Shown piece by piece: positions 1 to 10,168 of a stretch of 64,000 bases of DNA. Both the position numbers and the translations under genes were made by a program. The notes under the pieces are model-generated. The model ran no database searches. It had not been told where the DNA came from and was given only the letters and a program-made list of their open reading frames with translations. Each line of letters starts with the position of its first letter. Position 1 is the first letter of the stretch. This DNA is from an uncultured Clostridia bacterium. GTDB lineage: Bacteria > Bacillota > Clostridia > Christensenellales > UBA3700. Location: contig CAMQWP010000001.1 of NCBI GenBank assembly GCA_947038565.1, positions 66,381 to 130,380 on the forward strand, in the 5' to 3' direction.

Positions 1-36
1 GAGTTCATGAAGAGCTTTGAGAGCGAGAACAAATAA
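1..36 (+). CDS. 3' end of a CDS cut by the window edge (...EFMKSFESENK*); possibly phosphoserine aminotransferase
   Basis: The frame from base 1 ends at TAA 34-36. It lies directly upstream of serA, and the FM-x-FE C-terminal pattern is reminiscent of SerC. Eleven residues are not diagnostic. Confidence 0.3.
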   Translation, partial: EFMKSFESENK

Positions 37-92
37 TCAATTTGCCGTCACTTTTCGGCTAAAGTATTATAATATCTTATAGGAGAATTATC

Positions 93-1241
93 ATGTATAA
101 TATCTTAAAACTAAACGAGATAAGCAGTGAGATAAACTATATCTTAACTGACGCATATAACGTAACTGATAGCTACGGTGCCCCAGAAGGTATCATGCTT
201 AGAAGTTACAAAATGCAAGACTACGCAATACCATCAAGCCTACTTGGAGTAGCTAGATGTGGTGCGGGTGTAAACAACATCCCTCTCGACAAAATGACTG
301 ATGCTGGAGTAGTAGTTTTCAATACTCCTGGTGCGAATGCTAATGCAGTTAAAGAATTAGTACTTACAGAGCTTCTTATATCTAATCGTAAGATTATCGA
401 GGCTTATGAGTGGACTAGTAGTCTTGACCCTAATAGTGATGTACCTAGCCTTGTTGAGAAAGGAAAGAAAGCATTTATAGGCCCTGAACTTACTGGTAAG
501 ACATTAGGTATAGTAGGTCTTGGTGCTATCGGTAGAATGGTAGCGGGTGCAGTGATTGCACTTGGTATGAATGTAGTCGGTTACGATCCATTTTTATCAG
601 CTGAAGGTGCAGCAGAGCTAGATAGTAGCGTACTAATCGTTGATGATCTAAATGTATTATTTGAAAAATCAAACTTCATCACTCTACACGTACCACTAAC
701 AAATACTACTCGTAGCATGATAAATAGTGATACTATAGCAATGATGCCAAAGGACGTAAGAATCATCAACTGTGCTAGAGGCGAGCTAGTCAACAACTCT
801 GATATAATAGAGGCTTGTGAGAGCGGACGCGTAGCAAAGTACATCACTGATTTCCCAAGCGGAGATATCCTTAATAAAAAGAACATTATCACTATCCCTC
901 ACCTTGGAGCGTCAACTCCTGAGGCTGAAGATAACTGTGCTATCATGGCAGCAAAACAGCTAAAAAGATTTTTAGAGAATGGTAGCATTGTAAACAGTGT
1001 GAACTTCCCTAAACTTATCGTGAAGAAGACTGATTACCCTCGTATTACAGTTACATGCAAAGGCAATGATTGTCTTTTCTCTGAACTTACTCAAATACTT
1101 GGAGACGAACTTGTGAATATCTCATCGGCTAAACGCGGAGATATAAGCTACATCCTAGCCGATGTTAAGTGCATCGCTGGAGACATCTTCGATAAGGTTA
1201 ATTCTCTTGACGGCGTTATCAAAACTCGTATCATAGCATAA
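93..1241 (+). CDS. serA: D-3-phosphoglycerate dehydrogenase (2-hydroxyacid dehydrogenase core plus C-terminal ACT-like domain)
   Basis: AGGAGA RBS before the ATG. NAD-binding GLGAIGRMVA motif and catalytic-domain layout of D-isomer 2-hydroxyacid dehydrogenases. A terminator hairpin follows. Confidence 0.8.
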   Translation: MYNILKLNEISSEINYILTDAYNVTDSYGAPEGIMLRSYKMQDYAIPSSLLGVARCGAGVNNIPLDKMTDAGVVVFNTPGANANAVKELVLTELLISNRKIIEAYEWTSSLDPNSDVPSLVEKGKKAFIGPELTGKTLGIVGLGAIGRMVAGAVIALGMNVVGYDPFLSAEGAAELDSSVLIVDDLNVLFEKSNFITLHVPLTNTTRSMINSDTIAMMPKDVRIINCARGELVNNSDIIEACESGRVAKYITDFPSGDILNKKNIITIPHLGASTPEAEDNCAIMAAKQLKRFLENGSIVNSVNFPKLIVKKTDYPRITVTCKGNDCLFSELTQILGDELVNISSAKRGDISYILADVKCIAGDIFDKVNSLDGVIKTRIIA

Positions 1242-1268
1242 CAATATCAACTTATATTGAGATCAAAA

Positions 1269-1299
1269 AGGCATTCGATAATATCGAATGCCTTTTTTA
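1269..1299 (+). terminator. intrinsic terminator after serA
   Basis: AGGCATTCGATA / TATCGAATGCCT inverted repeat followed by TTTTTT. Confidence 0.7.
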
Positions 1300-1451
1300 T
1301 GTGCTTTAATAGCAAATAATAATTGCGTTTGTAGCATGTTCTGATAGTTTATATTTATTTTTTTTGTCGTGTTGCTCGCAAAATCAAAAAAGCTATTATC
1401 ACTCTTCACTTTTTGTAATTCAGTGATAAATATGCGAAAATTGATAAATAT

Positions 1452-1502
1452 GCAATAAAAATAGCACCCTTATATACATTACTTCGTAATGCCAAGGGTG
1501 CT
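1452..1502 (-). terminator. intrinsic terminator after glnS
   Basis: AGCACCCTT...AAGGGTGCT with an inner CATTAC/GTAATG pairing. A U-rich run follows on the minus strand. Confidence 0.6.
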
Positions 1503-1516
1503 ATTATCAATCAATA

Positions 1517-3148
1517 TTACTTCTTCATCTTGAAAGAGTCTTTTAGTGTAACAATGCGATTGAACTCATATTTATCATCTTGACCATAAGTTCCCACTGC
1601 ACTATAATAACCCATTCTCATGAACTGGAACGAATCGTATGCACTGATACTATCAAGTGACCTCTCGCCAACAGCGTTATCGAATATCATGTGCGAATTC
1701 TTATTAAGTCTTTCGCTAAAATCGCCATCACCGTCAACTAATAAGTAATCAAACTCATGAAGAACACATGGAATATAATCATTTGCATTTACCCAGTGGA
1801 TAACGCCTTTTACTTTCATGCCAGCATTTTCTCCACCGCTCTTGCTATCAGGAATAGCACGGCAAGTAACACTTACTACATTGTCATCAGCGTCCAACTC
1901 GTGAGATACGTACTCAACAATATAAGATCCGCGAAGTCTTACCATTCCACCTACTACAAGTCTTTTATACTTAGGCGGTGGAGTAACCATAAAGTCATCT
2001 CGCTCTATAAATAACTCACCAGAGAAACTTGTCTTATGATATGTCTTAACTTCATCATTCGGATTATTTTCGATATCGTATACTTCATCAGCTACGTCTT
2101 TTACTATCATACGAATAGGGTCTTTTACTACCATTACTCTATCAGCATTGCGGTTCAAGTTCTCTCTTACGCAATAATCTAGCATACCAGTATCCACTTC
2201 ACTATTCGACTTAGCTACTCCTACTCGCTCACAAAACTCGCGAATTGCTTCAGCAGGATAACCTCTCTCACGCATTCCGCTAAGAGTTGGCATTCTAGGA
2301 TCAGACCATCCATTTACAAAGCCTTCGTCTACAAGTTTCTTTAGGTAACGTTTAGACATAATAGTCCTATTCATACCAAGTCTTGCGAATTCTATCTGTC
2401 TAGGGCCCGGATCAAAACCACAATTGATCTTTACCCAGTCATAAAGAGGTCTATGATCCTCAAACTCAAGAGTACATATACTATGAGTAATACCCTCAAA
2501 AGCGTCTTCAAGCGGATGAGCAAAGTCGTACATAGGATATATGCACCAGTCATCTCCTGTCCTGTGATGAGTATCTCTAAGTACTCTATATAAGATAGGG
2601 TCACGAAGATTAATATTAGGTGACGCCATGTCTATTTTAGCTCGAAGAACCTTGCTTCCATCGACAAATTCGCCTTCCTTCATCTTGCGGAAAAGCTCTA
2701 AGTTTTCAGCGACACTTCTGTCTCTGTAAGGACTGTTCTTTCCAGGGCTTGTTAATGTCCCACGGAATTCGCGTATTTCCTCACCATTCATATCGCAAAC
2801 AAATGCAATACCTTTCTCTATAAGCATTACCGCACACTCATACATACGCTCAAAGTAATCAGAAGCGTATAGCTCAGCGTCCCACTCGAAGCCTAGCCAA
2901 GCGATATCTTTCTTAATACTGTCTACGTATTCTATATCCTCTTTAGTCGGATTAGTATCGTCGTATCTAAGATTGCATTTACCATTATACTTAGTCTTCA
3001 TGCCGAAGTTTATGCATAGACTTTTAGCATGTCCAATATGCAAGTAACCGTTAGGCTCTGGAGGGAAACGTGTGATTATTTCATTATGTTTACCGCTCTC
3101 TAAGTCATTATTTATTATTTCTTCGATAAAATTAGTTGATTTTTCCAT
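1517..3148 (-). CDS. glnS: glutaminyl-tRNA synthetase
   Basis: Class I HIGH motif (PEPNGYLHIGHAKS) and KMSKS-type loop (IMSKR). Start moved to the MEKSTNF ATG at 3146-3148, 1 nt after the fhs stop; the longer ORF would overlap fhs. Confidence 0.9.
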   Translation of the reverse strand: MEKSTNFIEEIINNDLESGKHNEIITRFPPEPNGYLHIGHAKSLCINFGMKTKYNGKCNLRYDDTNPTKEDIEYVDSIKKDIAWLGFEWDAELYASDYFERMYECAVMLIEKGIAFVCDMNGEEIREFRGTLTSPGKNSPYRDRSVAENLELFRKMKEGEFVDGSKVLRAKIDMASPNINLRDPILYRVLRDTHHRTGDDWCIYPMYDFAHPLEDAFEGITHSICTLEFEDHRPLYDWVKINCGFDPGPRQIEFARLGMNRTIMSKRYLKKLVDEGFVNGWSDPRMPTLSGMRERGYPAEAIREFCERVGVAKSNSEVDTGMLDYCVRENLNRNADRVMVVKDPIRMIVKDVADEVYDIENNPNDEVKTYHKTSFSGELFIERDDFMVTPPPKYKRLVVGGMVRLRGSYIVEYVSHELDADDNVVSVTCRAIPDSKSGGENAGMKVKGVIHWVNANDYIPCVLHEFDYLLVDGDGDFSERLNKNSHMIFDNAVGERSLDSISAYDSFQFMRMGYYSAVGTYGQDDKYEFNRIVTLKDSFKMKK

Positions 3149-3149
3149 A

Positions 3150-4808
3150 TTAAAACAATCCTTTGATAACATTATCTTTATCTATTTCCATGCCCATTGC
3201 ACTAGGATTTTTGCCTAGTCCCGGCATTAGCATCATCTGACCCGCTATCGCTACTATGAATTTTGCTCCACCTCTTACTTGAAGGTCTTGTATGTGAAAA
3301 GTAAATCCTGTAGGTCTGCCTAGTCTTGTTGCGTCATCAGTAAATGAATATTGAGTCTTTGCTATGCATATAGGATAGTTATCATACCCCATCTCAGTGA
3401 TCTTCGCTAGTGCTAATTTCGCTTGTCTTGAAAACTCTACATTTTTCGCACCGTATACTTTAATAGCTACTTTTTCTATTTTAGTTTTGATATCGTCATT
3501 GTCTTCGTATGCAAATTTTATTTTTTTGCTATTACCGTCGACGATCCTTACCACCTCAGTCGCAAGATTTTCCGCACCGACACCACCTTTCGCCCAGCTC
3601 TCACATAATACTACGCTACTGCCGATATTTTCGCACTCTTTTGTGATAAATGAGATCTCACTATCACTATCAGTCACAAATTTATTTATCGCAACAACAA
3701 CATTAGCATTGTATACATTTTTCAAAATATCAATATGTCCAAGTAAGTTGCATATACCCGCCTCAAGTGCTGGCATATTATCACTATCAAAGCCTGTTTT
3801 TACTCCGCCGTTGTACTTCAATGCTCTAACTGTAGCAACAAGTACTACGCAATCAGGATTAAGTCCGCCGACTCTACACTTTATATCAATAAACTTTTCT
3901 GCACCTAAGTCCGCACCAAAACCCGCCTCGGTAATGACATAATCACTACGCGATAGAGCTAGCTTAGTTGCGATTATAGTATTGCAACCGTGTGCTATAT
4001 TTGCAAATGGTCCACCATGAACTATTGCAGGCACGCCCTCTAAAGTCTGTACAAGGTTTGGTTTAATAGCATCTTTCAGCAAAATTGCTACCGCGTCTTG
4101 CATATGTAGATCGCTACATCTGACAGCCTTACCCGACATGTCGTATGCTAGAATAATACTTGCTACACGCTCTTTAAGGTCGATGATATCCGTTGACAAA
4201 CAAAGGATAGACATTATCTCTGACGCAGCAGTGATATTGAAATGATCCTCACGAGGCACACCGTTTAGTCTGCCCCCCATGCCTACCATCACATTACGAA
4301 GTGATCTATCATTTAGATCGACACATCTACTCCACACGATTTGCCTAACGTCAATATTAAGCTCGTTGCCTTGCTGAAGATGATTATCTAAAAGTGAAGA
4401 TATAAGATTATTAGCCGAAGTAACTGCATGCATATCGCCAGTGAAATGAAGATTAATATCCTCCATAGGAACGACTTGAGCATGACCGCCACCGGTAGCA
4501 CCGCCTTTAATACCAAAAACTGGACCTAAAGAAGGCTCACGGAGTGCAAGGCAAACATTCTTGCCTATGCTCTGCATGCCATCTGCAAGACCTATAGAAG
4601 TAGTCGTCTTTCCCTCGCCAAGCGAAGTAGGATTTATAGCAGTAACTAATATTAGCTTACCGCGCGCCTCGCTCGGTGCTACATTGATCTTAGCTTTGTA
4701 ATGACCATAAGGGTCGATGTCTTCGTAAGCAAGGTCAAGTTTTTCTGCTATATTATTAATGTGACTCATGGTAATGCTATTAGCAATCTCGATATCAGTC
4801 ATAATCAC
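3150..4808 (-). CDS. fhs: formate--tetrahydrofolate ligase
   Basis: Full-length 552 aa with the characteristic PTSLGEGKTTTSIGL nucleotide-binding segment and overall FTHFS-like sequence. Confidence 0.92.
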   Translation of the reverse strand: MIMTDIEIANSITMSHINNIAEKLDLAYEDIDPYGHYKAKINVAPSEARGKLILVTAINPTSLGEGKTTTSIGLADGMQSIGKNVCLALREPSLGPVFGIKGGATGGGHAQVVPMEDINLHFTGDMHAVTSANNLISSLLDNHLQQGNELNIDVRQIVWSRCVDLNDRSLRNVMVGMGGRLNGVPREDHFNITAASEIMSILCLSTDIIDLKERVASIILAYDMSGKAVRCSDLHMQDAVAILLKDAIKPNLVQTLEGVPAIVHGGPFANIAHGCNTIIATKLALSRSDYVITEAGFGADLGAEKFIDIKCRVGGLNPDCVVLVATVRALKYNGGVKTGFDSDNMPALEAGICNLLGHIDILKNVYNANVVVAINKFVTDSDSEISFITKECENIGSSVVLCESWAKGGVGAENLATEVVRIVDGNSKKIKFAYEDNDDIKTKIEKVAIKVYGAKNVEFSRQAKLALAKITEMGYDNYPICIAKTQYSFTDDATRLGRPTGFTFHIQDLQVRGGAKFIVAIAGQMMLMPGLGKNPSAMGMEIDKDNVIKGLF

Positions 4809-4982
4809 TCCTTTATATTGCTTTTATCAGCCAAACACTATTCTAATCAAATCGAAACAATATATTTTGCAATGTTGATAAAATAGTATTATATTTTTTT
4901 AATAATTATATATGTATAAAAATAAGTATCCCACCCAAATCAATTTTTGAGTGGCAACACTTAGATTTTAAAATATTGATGT

Positions 4983-5183
4983 TTACTTAAGTCTAGCTAC
5001 ATTAAGAGCTGCAACCATTTCGTCTACATCTACACCATGTACAGCAGCAGCCTGTTCAACAGTCTCACCACTAGCCATAGCACAACCGAAGCAATGCATA
5101 CCAAAAGCCATAAGGCTCTCAGCGATAGCTTCTTTGTTACCTTGCTCTAAAGCATCAGCAATAGTCATATCTTTAGTTATCAT
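4983..5183 (-). CDS. small DUF1858 / hybrid-cluster-protein-associated redox disulfide domain protein (66 aa)
   Basis: MITKDMTIADAL...MHCFGCAMASGETVEQAAAVHGVD is the typical DUF1858 signature with a CxxC. Start set at the ATG 5181-5183, which has an AGGAGA RBS. The upstream part of the 107-aa ORF looks non-coding. Confidence 0.75.
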   Translation of the reverse strand: MITKDMTIADALEQGNKEAIAESLMAFGMHCFGCAMASGETVEQAAAVHGVDVDEMVAALNVARLK

Positions 5184-5344
5184 ATATATTTCTCCTTTTA
5201 TTTTAACTTTAATTAGGATAATTATAACATATCCTATATAAAATTGCAATGGTTTATTATTGTTTATTGATATTTTACGCATATAACAATTTATTATACG
5301 TGGCATAATTACTATTAAAAGTTAATTTCTGTACTGACATTGAT

Positions 5345-5378
5345 TAAAAAAAATGAGCGAAGACTAATCTCCGCTCAT
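5345..5378 (-). terminator. intrinsic terminator after the 606-aa membrane protein gene
   Basis: ATGAGCG...CGCTCAT stem, with an 8-nt U-run on the minus strand (A-run 5345-5352 on plus). Confidence 0.65.
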
Positions 5379-5408
5379 AATTATTTATTTATTATCGTAT
5401 CATCTAAA

Positions 5409-7229
5409 TTATACTATTGATATAACTTCAGTGATAACATTGTTTACATGCTTAAATTTAATTATTTGATCTTTCAATGCAAACATTAATTTGTCGCCGT
5501 TAGTAACAGTGTAGTTTGCAAAATAAATTTTGCCGTCGTCACCTTTGATAACATAGTCATAACCACTTGTTTGTGGAGCAGTACGTATATCAACGATCTT
5601 TGTAGTAACTTCTGTACCTACTACAACTGGTGGCTTAACTGCCTCATCTTTGATCATTTCTTTATATGCAGCCATTGCAGCCTCAGGCGTGCCAGCAGCT
5701 ACTAATTGGCTTGTGTACTTCTCAACACTTACGAAAGCATACATTTTGATATTCTGAGCTGAGTCTTTAAGACCCATATAGTAAGTCGGTACACCATTAA
5801 AGTTTACTAACGCTGGGAAAGTTGCTTTATAGCTTGATGGTTTTACATTGCCAAGCTCTTGAACTGAGTTCATTGCCGCTTGCTCTGTCGCACCTGACAT
5901 GTTGTAAATTGATGCTTCATTAGTTCTCATATCGACCATTACTGTTCCGATGATCGCGTCATCACTTGCTGACTTAGAAGTGAATCCAGTAGTCAAGTGT
6001 AGTGCATTATCATAATAAACGTAGTTGTAACCGACTGAAGTAGCATTTACCTCTTTTTTTGCGAAAACTGTATTCCAGTAACCGTGAGAGAATTCCCCCC
6101 AGTAATCAAGCTGAGACATAGTAATACTATCAACCTGTACTCTATCAATCCATGATGGAATATCAGTATCAATATTATAATATAATGTTTCACCTGTAGT
6201 AGCGTTTAGAGTAATAAGACCTACTACTACATCACCACTTGTGATACCAAATTTCTTCTTATAAACTGCTTGAGTGTAGTAAGGCACGCCAGTCTCGTCA
6301 AGCTCTAGATTGATCTGACCTGCACGAAGTGACGCTGGTCTTGCAAAATACATTGCTCTTTCAACATCATTCCAAAGGTAAGCACCTGGAGTATATTTCA
6401 TTTTGTGGCTCATAACAAGCTCAGCACTTGCATTTTCATCTGTCTTAGTAGCGTCTACAAGAACGTAACCTGGAGCACCACCTTCGCTAGCACTACTTGT
6501 CCACTGGAAAAATCCTTTTGGCTCGATTGCTCCAATCCATTGTAATTTTCCTTTGTAGTTAATAAGTGTGTAATCTCTTATAGTGTACTGACTTCCTAGT
6601 CCGCCTTCAACGTTACCTAGAGCCTTTACACCTAATTGAGCTGCGAATGCTTTATCGACGATAGCAACTTGCATTTCTTTATCAGTTCCAGCAGCAGTAT
6701 CAAAATCAGGGATATCTGCATTAAAAGCACCGTATCTATTACCAGGATCACTCTCGATAGTAGACTTTTGATCAGGAACTATCAATTGATTGAAGTCTTT
6801 AGCAATAAAAAGCGGTGTTGTAAATATAGCAAGACCGATAGTTATAGTTAATACAACTACAGCAAGTACTGCTGGTATTTTCCATGCCCAAAACACTTTA
6901 TTAAATGCTTTGACTTTCTTTGTCTCTGTTTCACGAGCAACAAAAAATTTAGCAAGTAGTGGCACTGACCATAATAGAGCAAGGAAAATAATTCCTATTC
7001 TAAGACCAACACTGTCTACTGCAAAAGACATTAATCCAAAGTAAACTTGGAATAATATAACCACACCAGTTATCACGCCTAGAGTGATAAGAAGTGTTTG
7101 CATTTTCATTTTTCTAAACATTTCGCCGAAGTTAGGCATTGGGCGAACCGCTTTACCATTAGCACCTGTTTTAGCCGCAGCTGGTTCAGGTTGTGGAGTT
7201 TGCGGAGCAGTATTTTGCGTATTATCCAT
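5409..7229 (-). CDS. membrane protein of unknown function: P/A/Q-rich cytoplasmic N-terminus, about 3 TM helices, about 430-aa extracytoplasmic domain
   Basis: 606-aa ORF with a GAGAGGA RBS and its own terminator. Hydrophobic segments lie at about residues 45-70, 75-95 and 115-140. I recognise no catalytic motif. Confidence 0.7.
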   Translation of the reverse strand: MDNTQNTAPQTPQPEPAAAKTGANGKAVRPMPNFGEMFRKMKMQTLLITLGVITGVVILFQVYFGLMSFAVDSVGLRIGIIFLALLWSVPLLAKFFVARETETKKVKAFNKVFWAWKIPAVLAVVVLTITIGLAIFTTPLFIAKDFNQLIVPDQKSTIESDPGNRYGAFNADIPDFDTAAGTDKEMQVAIVDKAFAAQLGVKALGNVEGGLGSQYTIRDYTLINYKGKLQWIGAIEPKGFFQWTSSASEGGAPGYVLVDATKTDENASAELVMSHKMKYTPGAYLWNDVERAMYFARPASLRAGQINLELDETGVPYYTQAVYKKKFGITSGDVVVGLITLNATTGETLYYNIDTDIPSWIDRVQVDSITMSQLDYWGEFSHGYWNTVFAKKEVNATSVGYNYVYYDNALHLTTGFTSKSASDDAIIGTVMVDMRTNEASIYNMSGATEQAAMNSVQELGNVKPSSYKATFPALVNFNGVPTYYMGLKDSAQNIKMYAFVSVEKYTSQLVAAGTPEAAMAAYKEMIKDEAVKPPVVVGTEVTTKIVDIRTAPQTSGYDYVIKGDDGKIYFANYTVTNGDKLMFALKDQIIKFKHVNNVITEVISIV

Positions 7230-7526
7230 AATATCCTCTCTTATTTTTGTTATTGTTAAAGCTATAATGCTTCACTATACCTTTAAATTATAGCTGTATT
7301 ATTCCCAACTGTCAAACGATATAATGTAAATTATCCATTTTAACTCGTATATTACATATTTTATATGACATTTATGTAAATATTCATACATATTCGGACA
7401 TTATACCAAACTATTTCCACACTCTTCAAGCGATGTGTTAGTTAGCCTAACTAATCTTTTTAGTTAGTAAGCTCTCTTATTTGATATTTATACATCCTTT
7501 ATCTATATATAATTACACTTTTGCCT

Positions 7527-8690
7527 CTAGTAAATTATCTTATCTAGCACACCAGTTAGTTTTGCTATTGCGATACCGTAATTAGTCATCGGCACGCCAA
7601 TCTCGCATGCTTTATTCATTCTAGCCATCATGCTCCGAGCAGTTATCATACATCCGCCGCAATGGATTACAATGTCATAACCTTGCATGTCAGGCACTTG
7701 TCCTGCACTTCTAACAAAATCAATAACGATCTCTTCGCCGTATTTTTGTCTGATAAGTCTAGGTATTTTCACTCGCCCTATATCCTCGTGCGTCGTTACA
7801 TGGCTACACGCTTCTAGTATAAGCACTTTACTATCGCTATTTAAGGTATCCATCGCATTCGAGCCTGATATCAGCTCAGTTATATCACCCTTAAGTCCAG
7901 CATATAGCACAGAGAAACTTGTCAGCCTTTTTCCTTTTGCCACTCGCTCCACTTCGCTAAACACGCTAGAGTCAGTGATGATAAGGTCAATGCTATCACC
8001 GTATTTATCCACCACTTGAGCCAGTGTAGACATGTCACAATTAATAGATACAGCGCGTTTATCTACAAGCTCTCTTACCGTCATTGCTTGCGGTAATATC
8101 AGCCTACTATTAGGTGCACCGACGTCTTGAGGCATTACTAGCACTACAAGGTCACCCTCTTTTACTAAGCCTCTAAGCAAACTATGATCACGCTCTGGTT
8201 TCATACTCTCTAGCTTTGCGATTAATGTGTCTATGCCCGCGGTAGTCTTGGCGTTTACAGTGATAATCTTATTTTTTATATCGCTATCTGTTACAGAGTA
8301 GCTCTCGTCATGATTATTACTTACCATCACATACGGCAAATCCTTAGCACTGAAATATTGCAACCACTCGCTATCATAATCAATATTAGTATTATCAGAC
8401 ATTATAAGGATAGCGATATCTACGTTATCAAGCACCGACTTTGTCGCCTTGATCCTGTCTTTGCCCAGCTCCGTTTCATCATTGAACCCCGCCGTATCAA
8501 CTAGTATTACCGCTCCAAGACTGCCGAGCTCTGTCGCTTTGTAGACCGCGTCGGTAGTAGTGCCTTTCTCATCAGAAACTATTGCGATACATTCTCCTGC
8601 TAGTGAATTGAAAAGCGTAGACTTTCCAGTATTTACACCGCCGAATACTCCTATATGTAATTTATTACCCTTTGGCATTGTCATATTCAT
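7527..8690 (-). CDS. hydF: [FeFe]-hydrogenase H-cluster maturation GTPase HydF
   Basis: N-terminal GTPase P-loop GGVNTGKST. C-terminal cluster-binding signature C-x-H ... H-C-x-x-C (EACSH...VIHCGGC). Confidence 0.88.
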   Translation of the reverse strand: MNMTMPKGNKLHIGVFGGVNTGKSTLFNSLAGECIAIVSDEKGTTTDAVYKATELGSLGAVILVDTAGFNDETELGKDRIKATKSVLDNVDIAILIMSDNTNIDYDSEWLQYFSAKDLPYVMVSNNHDESYSVTDSDIKNKIITVNAKTTAGIDTLIAKLESMKPERDHSLLRGLVKEGDLVVLVMPQDVGAPNSRLILPQAMTVRELVDKRAVSINCDMSTLAQVVDKYGDSIDLIITDSSVFSEVERVAKGKRLTSFSVLYAGLKGDITELISGSNAMDTLNSDSKVLILEACSHVTTHEDIGRVKIPRLIRQKYGEEIVIDFVRSAGQVPDMQGYDIVIHCGGCMITARSMMARMNKACEIGVPMTNYGIAIAKLTGVLDKIIY

Positions 8691-8743
8691 TTCTCCTTAA
8701 TTCATTTTCTATTTATCGAGTTTACTTTATTATTTACCAAATA

Positions 8744-10159
8744 CTATACCCTTATATCACGCACGCCTGCTAATACTTGTTTTATTTTTTTCTGTATACT
8801 CTCTTTTAATTTTGCGTTTTGCATTTTATCTATATAACTTTCTAAGTATGCAATGCCCACCGCGTGAGTACTTGAAGACGCGTAATCGGTTAGGTACTCC
8901 GACAGCGTTACCAGTGCATTTATCTCACATGTATTTGCTATACCTTCACCTTTTACTATATCCATAAACGCATAACCAGTACGACCTGATATGTAACACG
9001 CCGTACAAAAACTAGGCAAGTGTCCGCTCTCTAATAACCAGCATACGACTTCGTCAAGAGTTCTATTATCTGCCACGTCAAACTGGGTAGAGTCTTCACT
9101 CTCTCCGCCCTCCGCATATCCACCGACGCTTGTTCTTGACCCGCCACTTATTTGAGTTACGCCTACTTCTAGTAGCCTTGCTCTAACGTCCGCACTCTCT
9201 CTAGTAGATATAATAAGTCCAGTATAAGGCACTGCTATTCTAAGCACTGCCACTATCTTCACTAGTAACTCATCACTAATGCTATTATCAAAATCCTTTA
9301 ATGAGATATCAGACGCAGGGCGAATCCTCGGCACACTCATAGTATGAGGGCCTACTCCATAAGTAGCCTCGAGATGTTCCGCGTGCATTAGCAAGCCTAC
9401 AAAATCGTATCTATAATGCTCTAAGCCGTATAATACACCTATGCCGACATCATCAATCCCTCCGTCCATCGCTCTATCCATAGACTCGGTATGGTAATCA
9501 TAATTACTCTTAGGTCCAGTCGGATGTAATATCTGATAATTTTCCTTATTATAAGTCTCTTGAAATAATATATAAGTACCGATACCAGCATCATGCAATT
9601 TGCGGTAGTTTTCAACAGTAGTTCCCGCTATATTGACATTAACTCGTCTAATAGCACCATTCTTATGCTTTATATCGTATATAGTTTTTATACACTCTAA
9701 AATATACTCTATAGGGCTTTCCGTAGGGTGTTCTCCCGACTCGATAGCTAGCCTTTTATGTCCCATGTCTTGAAGAGCGACTACTTCACGGACTAGATCC
9801 TCGCCTACGAGTTTTTTTCTAGCAATAATTTTATTCTTAAGATGATAAGGACAATATACACATCCATTAACGCAATGATTTGATAAGTATAGCGGTGCGA
9901 ACATAACTACTCGCTTACCGTACTTCTCACTTTTTATCCGCCTTGCTAGTGCAAAAATCTTATCGTTTATATCCTTATCTTCACATTCTAAAAGTGCAAG
10001 TGCTTGCATATGGCTTATGCCTTTCATGTCACTTGCTCTGTCTATAATATCAGTTAGATACGCTTTATCCGACTTATGCTTTAACGCAAAATCAAGACTT
10101 TTCAATATCTCTTCATGGTCTATAAATTCAGTCGCAACTTTACTTACTTTATCGTACAT
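8744..10159 (-). CDS. hydG: [FeFe]-hydrogenase radical SAM maturase HydG
   Basis: Radical SAM CVNGCVYCPY (CX3CX2C). HydG-specific C-terminal CX2CX22C (CTAC + 22 residues + C). ThiH-like length of 471 aa. Confidence 0.9.
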   Translation of the reverse strand: MYDKVSKVATEFIDHEEILKSLDFALKHKSDKAYLTDIIDRASDMKGISHMQALALLECEDKDINDKIFALARRIKSEKYGKRVVMFAPLYLSNHCVNGCVYCPYHLKNKIIARKKLVGEDLVREVVALQDMGHKRLAIESGEHPTESPIEYILECIKTIYDIKHKNGAIRRVNVNIAGTTVENYRKLHDAGIGTYILFQETYNKENYQILHPTGPKSNYDYHTESMDRAMDGGIDDVGIGVLYGLEHYRYDFVGLLMHAEHLEATYGVGPHTMSVPRIRPASDISLKDFDNSISDELLVKIVAVLRIAVPYTGLIISTRESADVRARLLEVGVTQISGGSRTSVGGYAEGGESEDSTQFDVADNRTLDEVVCWLLESGHLPSFCTACYISGRTGYAFMDIVKGEGIANTCEINALVTLSEYLTDYASSSTHAVGIAYLESYIDKMQNAKLKESIQKKIKQVLAGVRDIRV

Positions 10160-10168
10160 AATAACTCC

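Noticed and set aside
1424-1453. Direct repeat TGATAAATATGC twice, 18 nt apart, between serA and glnS.
   Set aside because: It is a 12-nt AT-rich repeat in a convergent-terminator spacer with no adjacent promoter or gene. It is most likely chance or a duplication remnant.
3397-3942. Long antisense ORFs inside real genes: 181 aa opposite fhs, 175 aa at 38248-38775 opposite metY, 145 aa at 53246-53683 opposite spoIIE, 131 aa at 60703-61098 opposite the ABC ATPase, and 129 aa at 30790-31179 opposite the permease.
   Set aside because: Each lies wholly inside a gene with strong family motifs on the other strand. They lack RBSs and translate to low-complexity S/T/P/L/I-rich strings, typical of the mirror frame of AT-rich coding DNA.
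4983-5306. Full 107-aa ORF for the DUF1858 protein.
   Set aside because: The first 41 codons read like AT-rich non-coding sequence (…KISINNNKPLQFYIGYVIIILIKVKIKGEIY). A strong RBS precedes the internal ATG at 5183, which gives the canonical domain of about 66 aa.
7441-7480. Hairpin CTAACTA-N7-TAGTTAG downstream of hydF, considered as its terminator.
   Set aside because: It is only a 7-bp A/T-rich stem and is not followed by a U-run on either strand, so the evidence is too weak to annotate.
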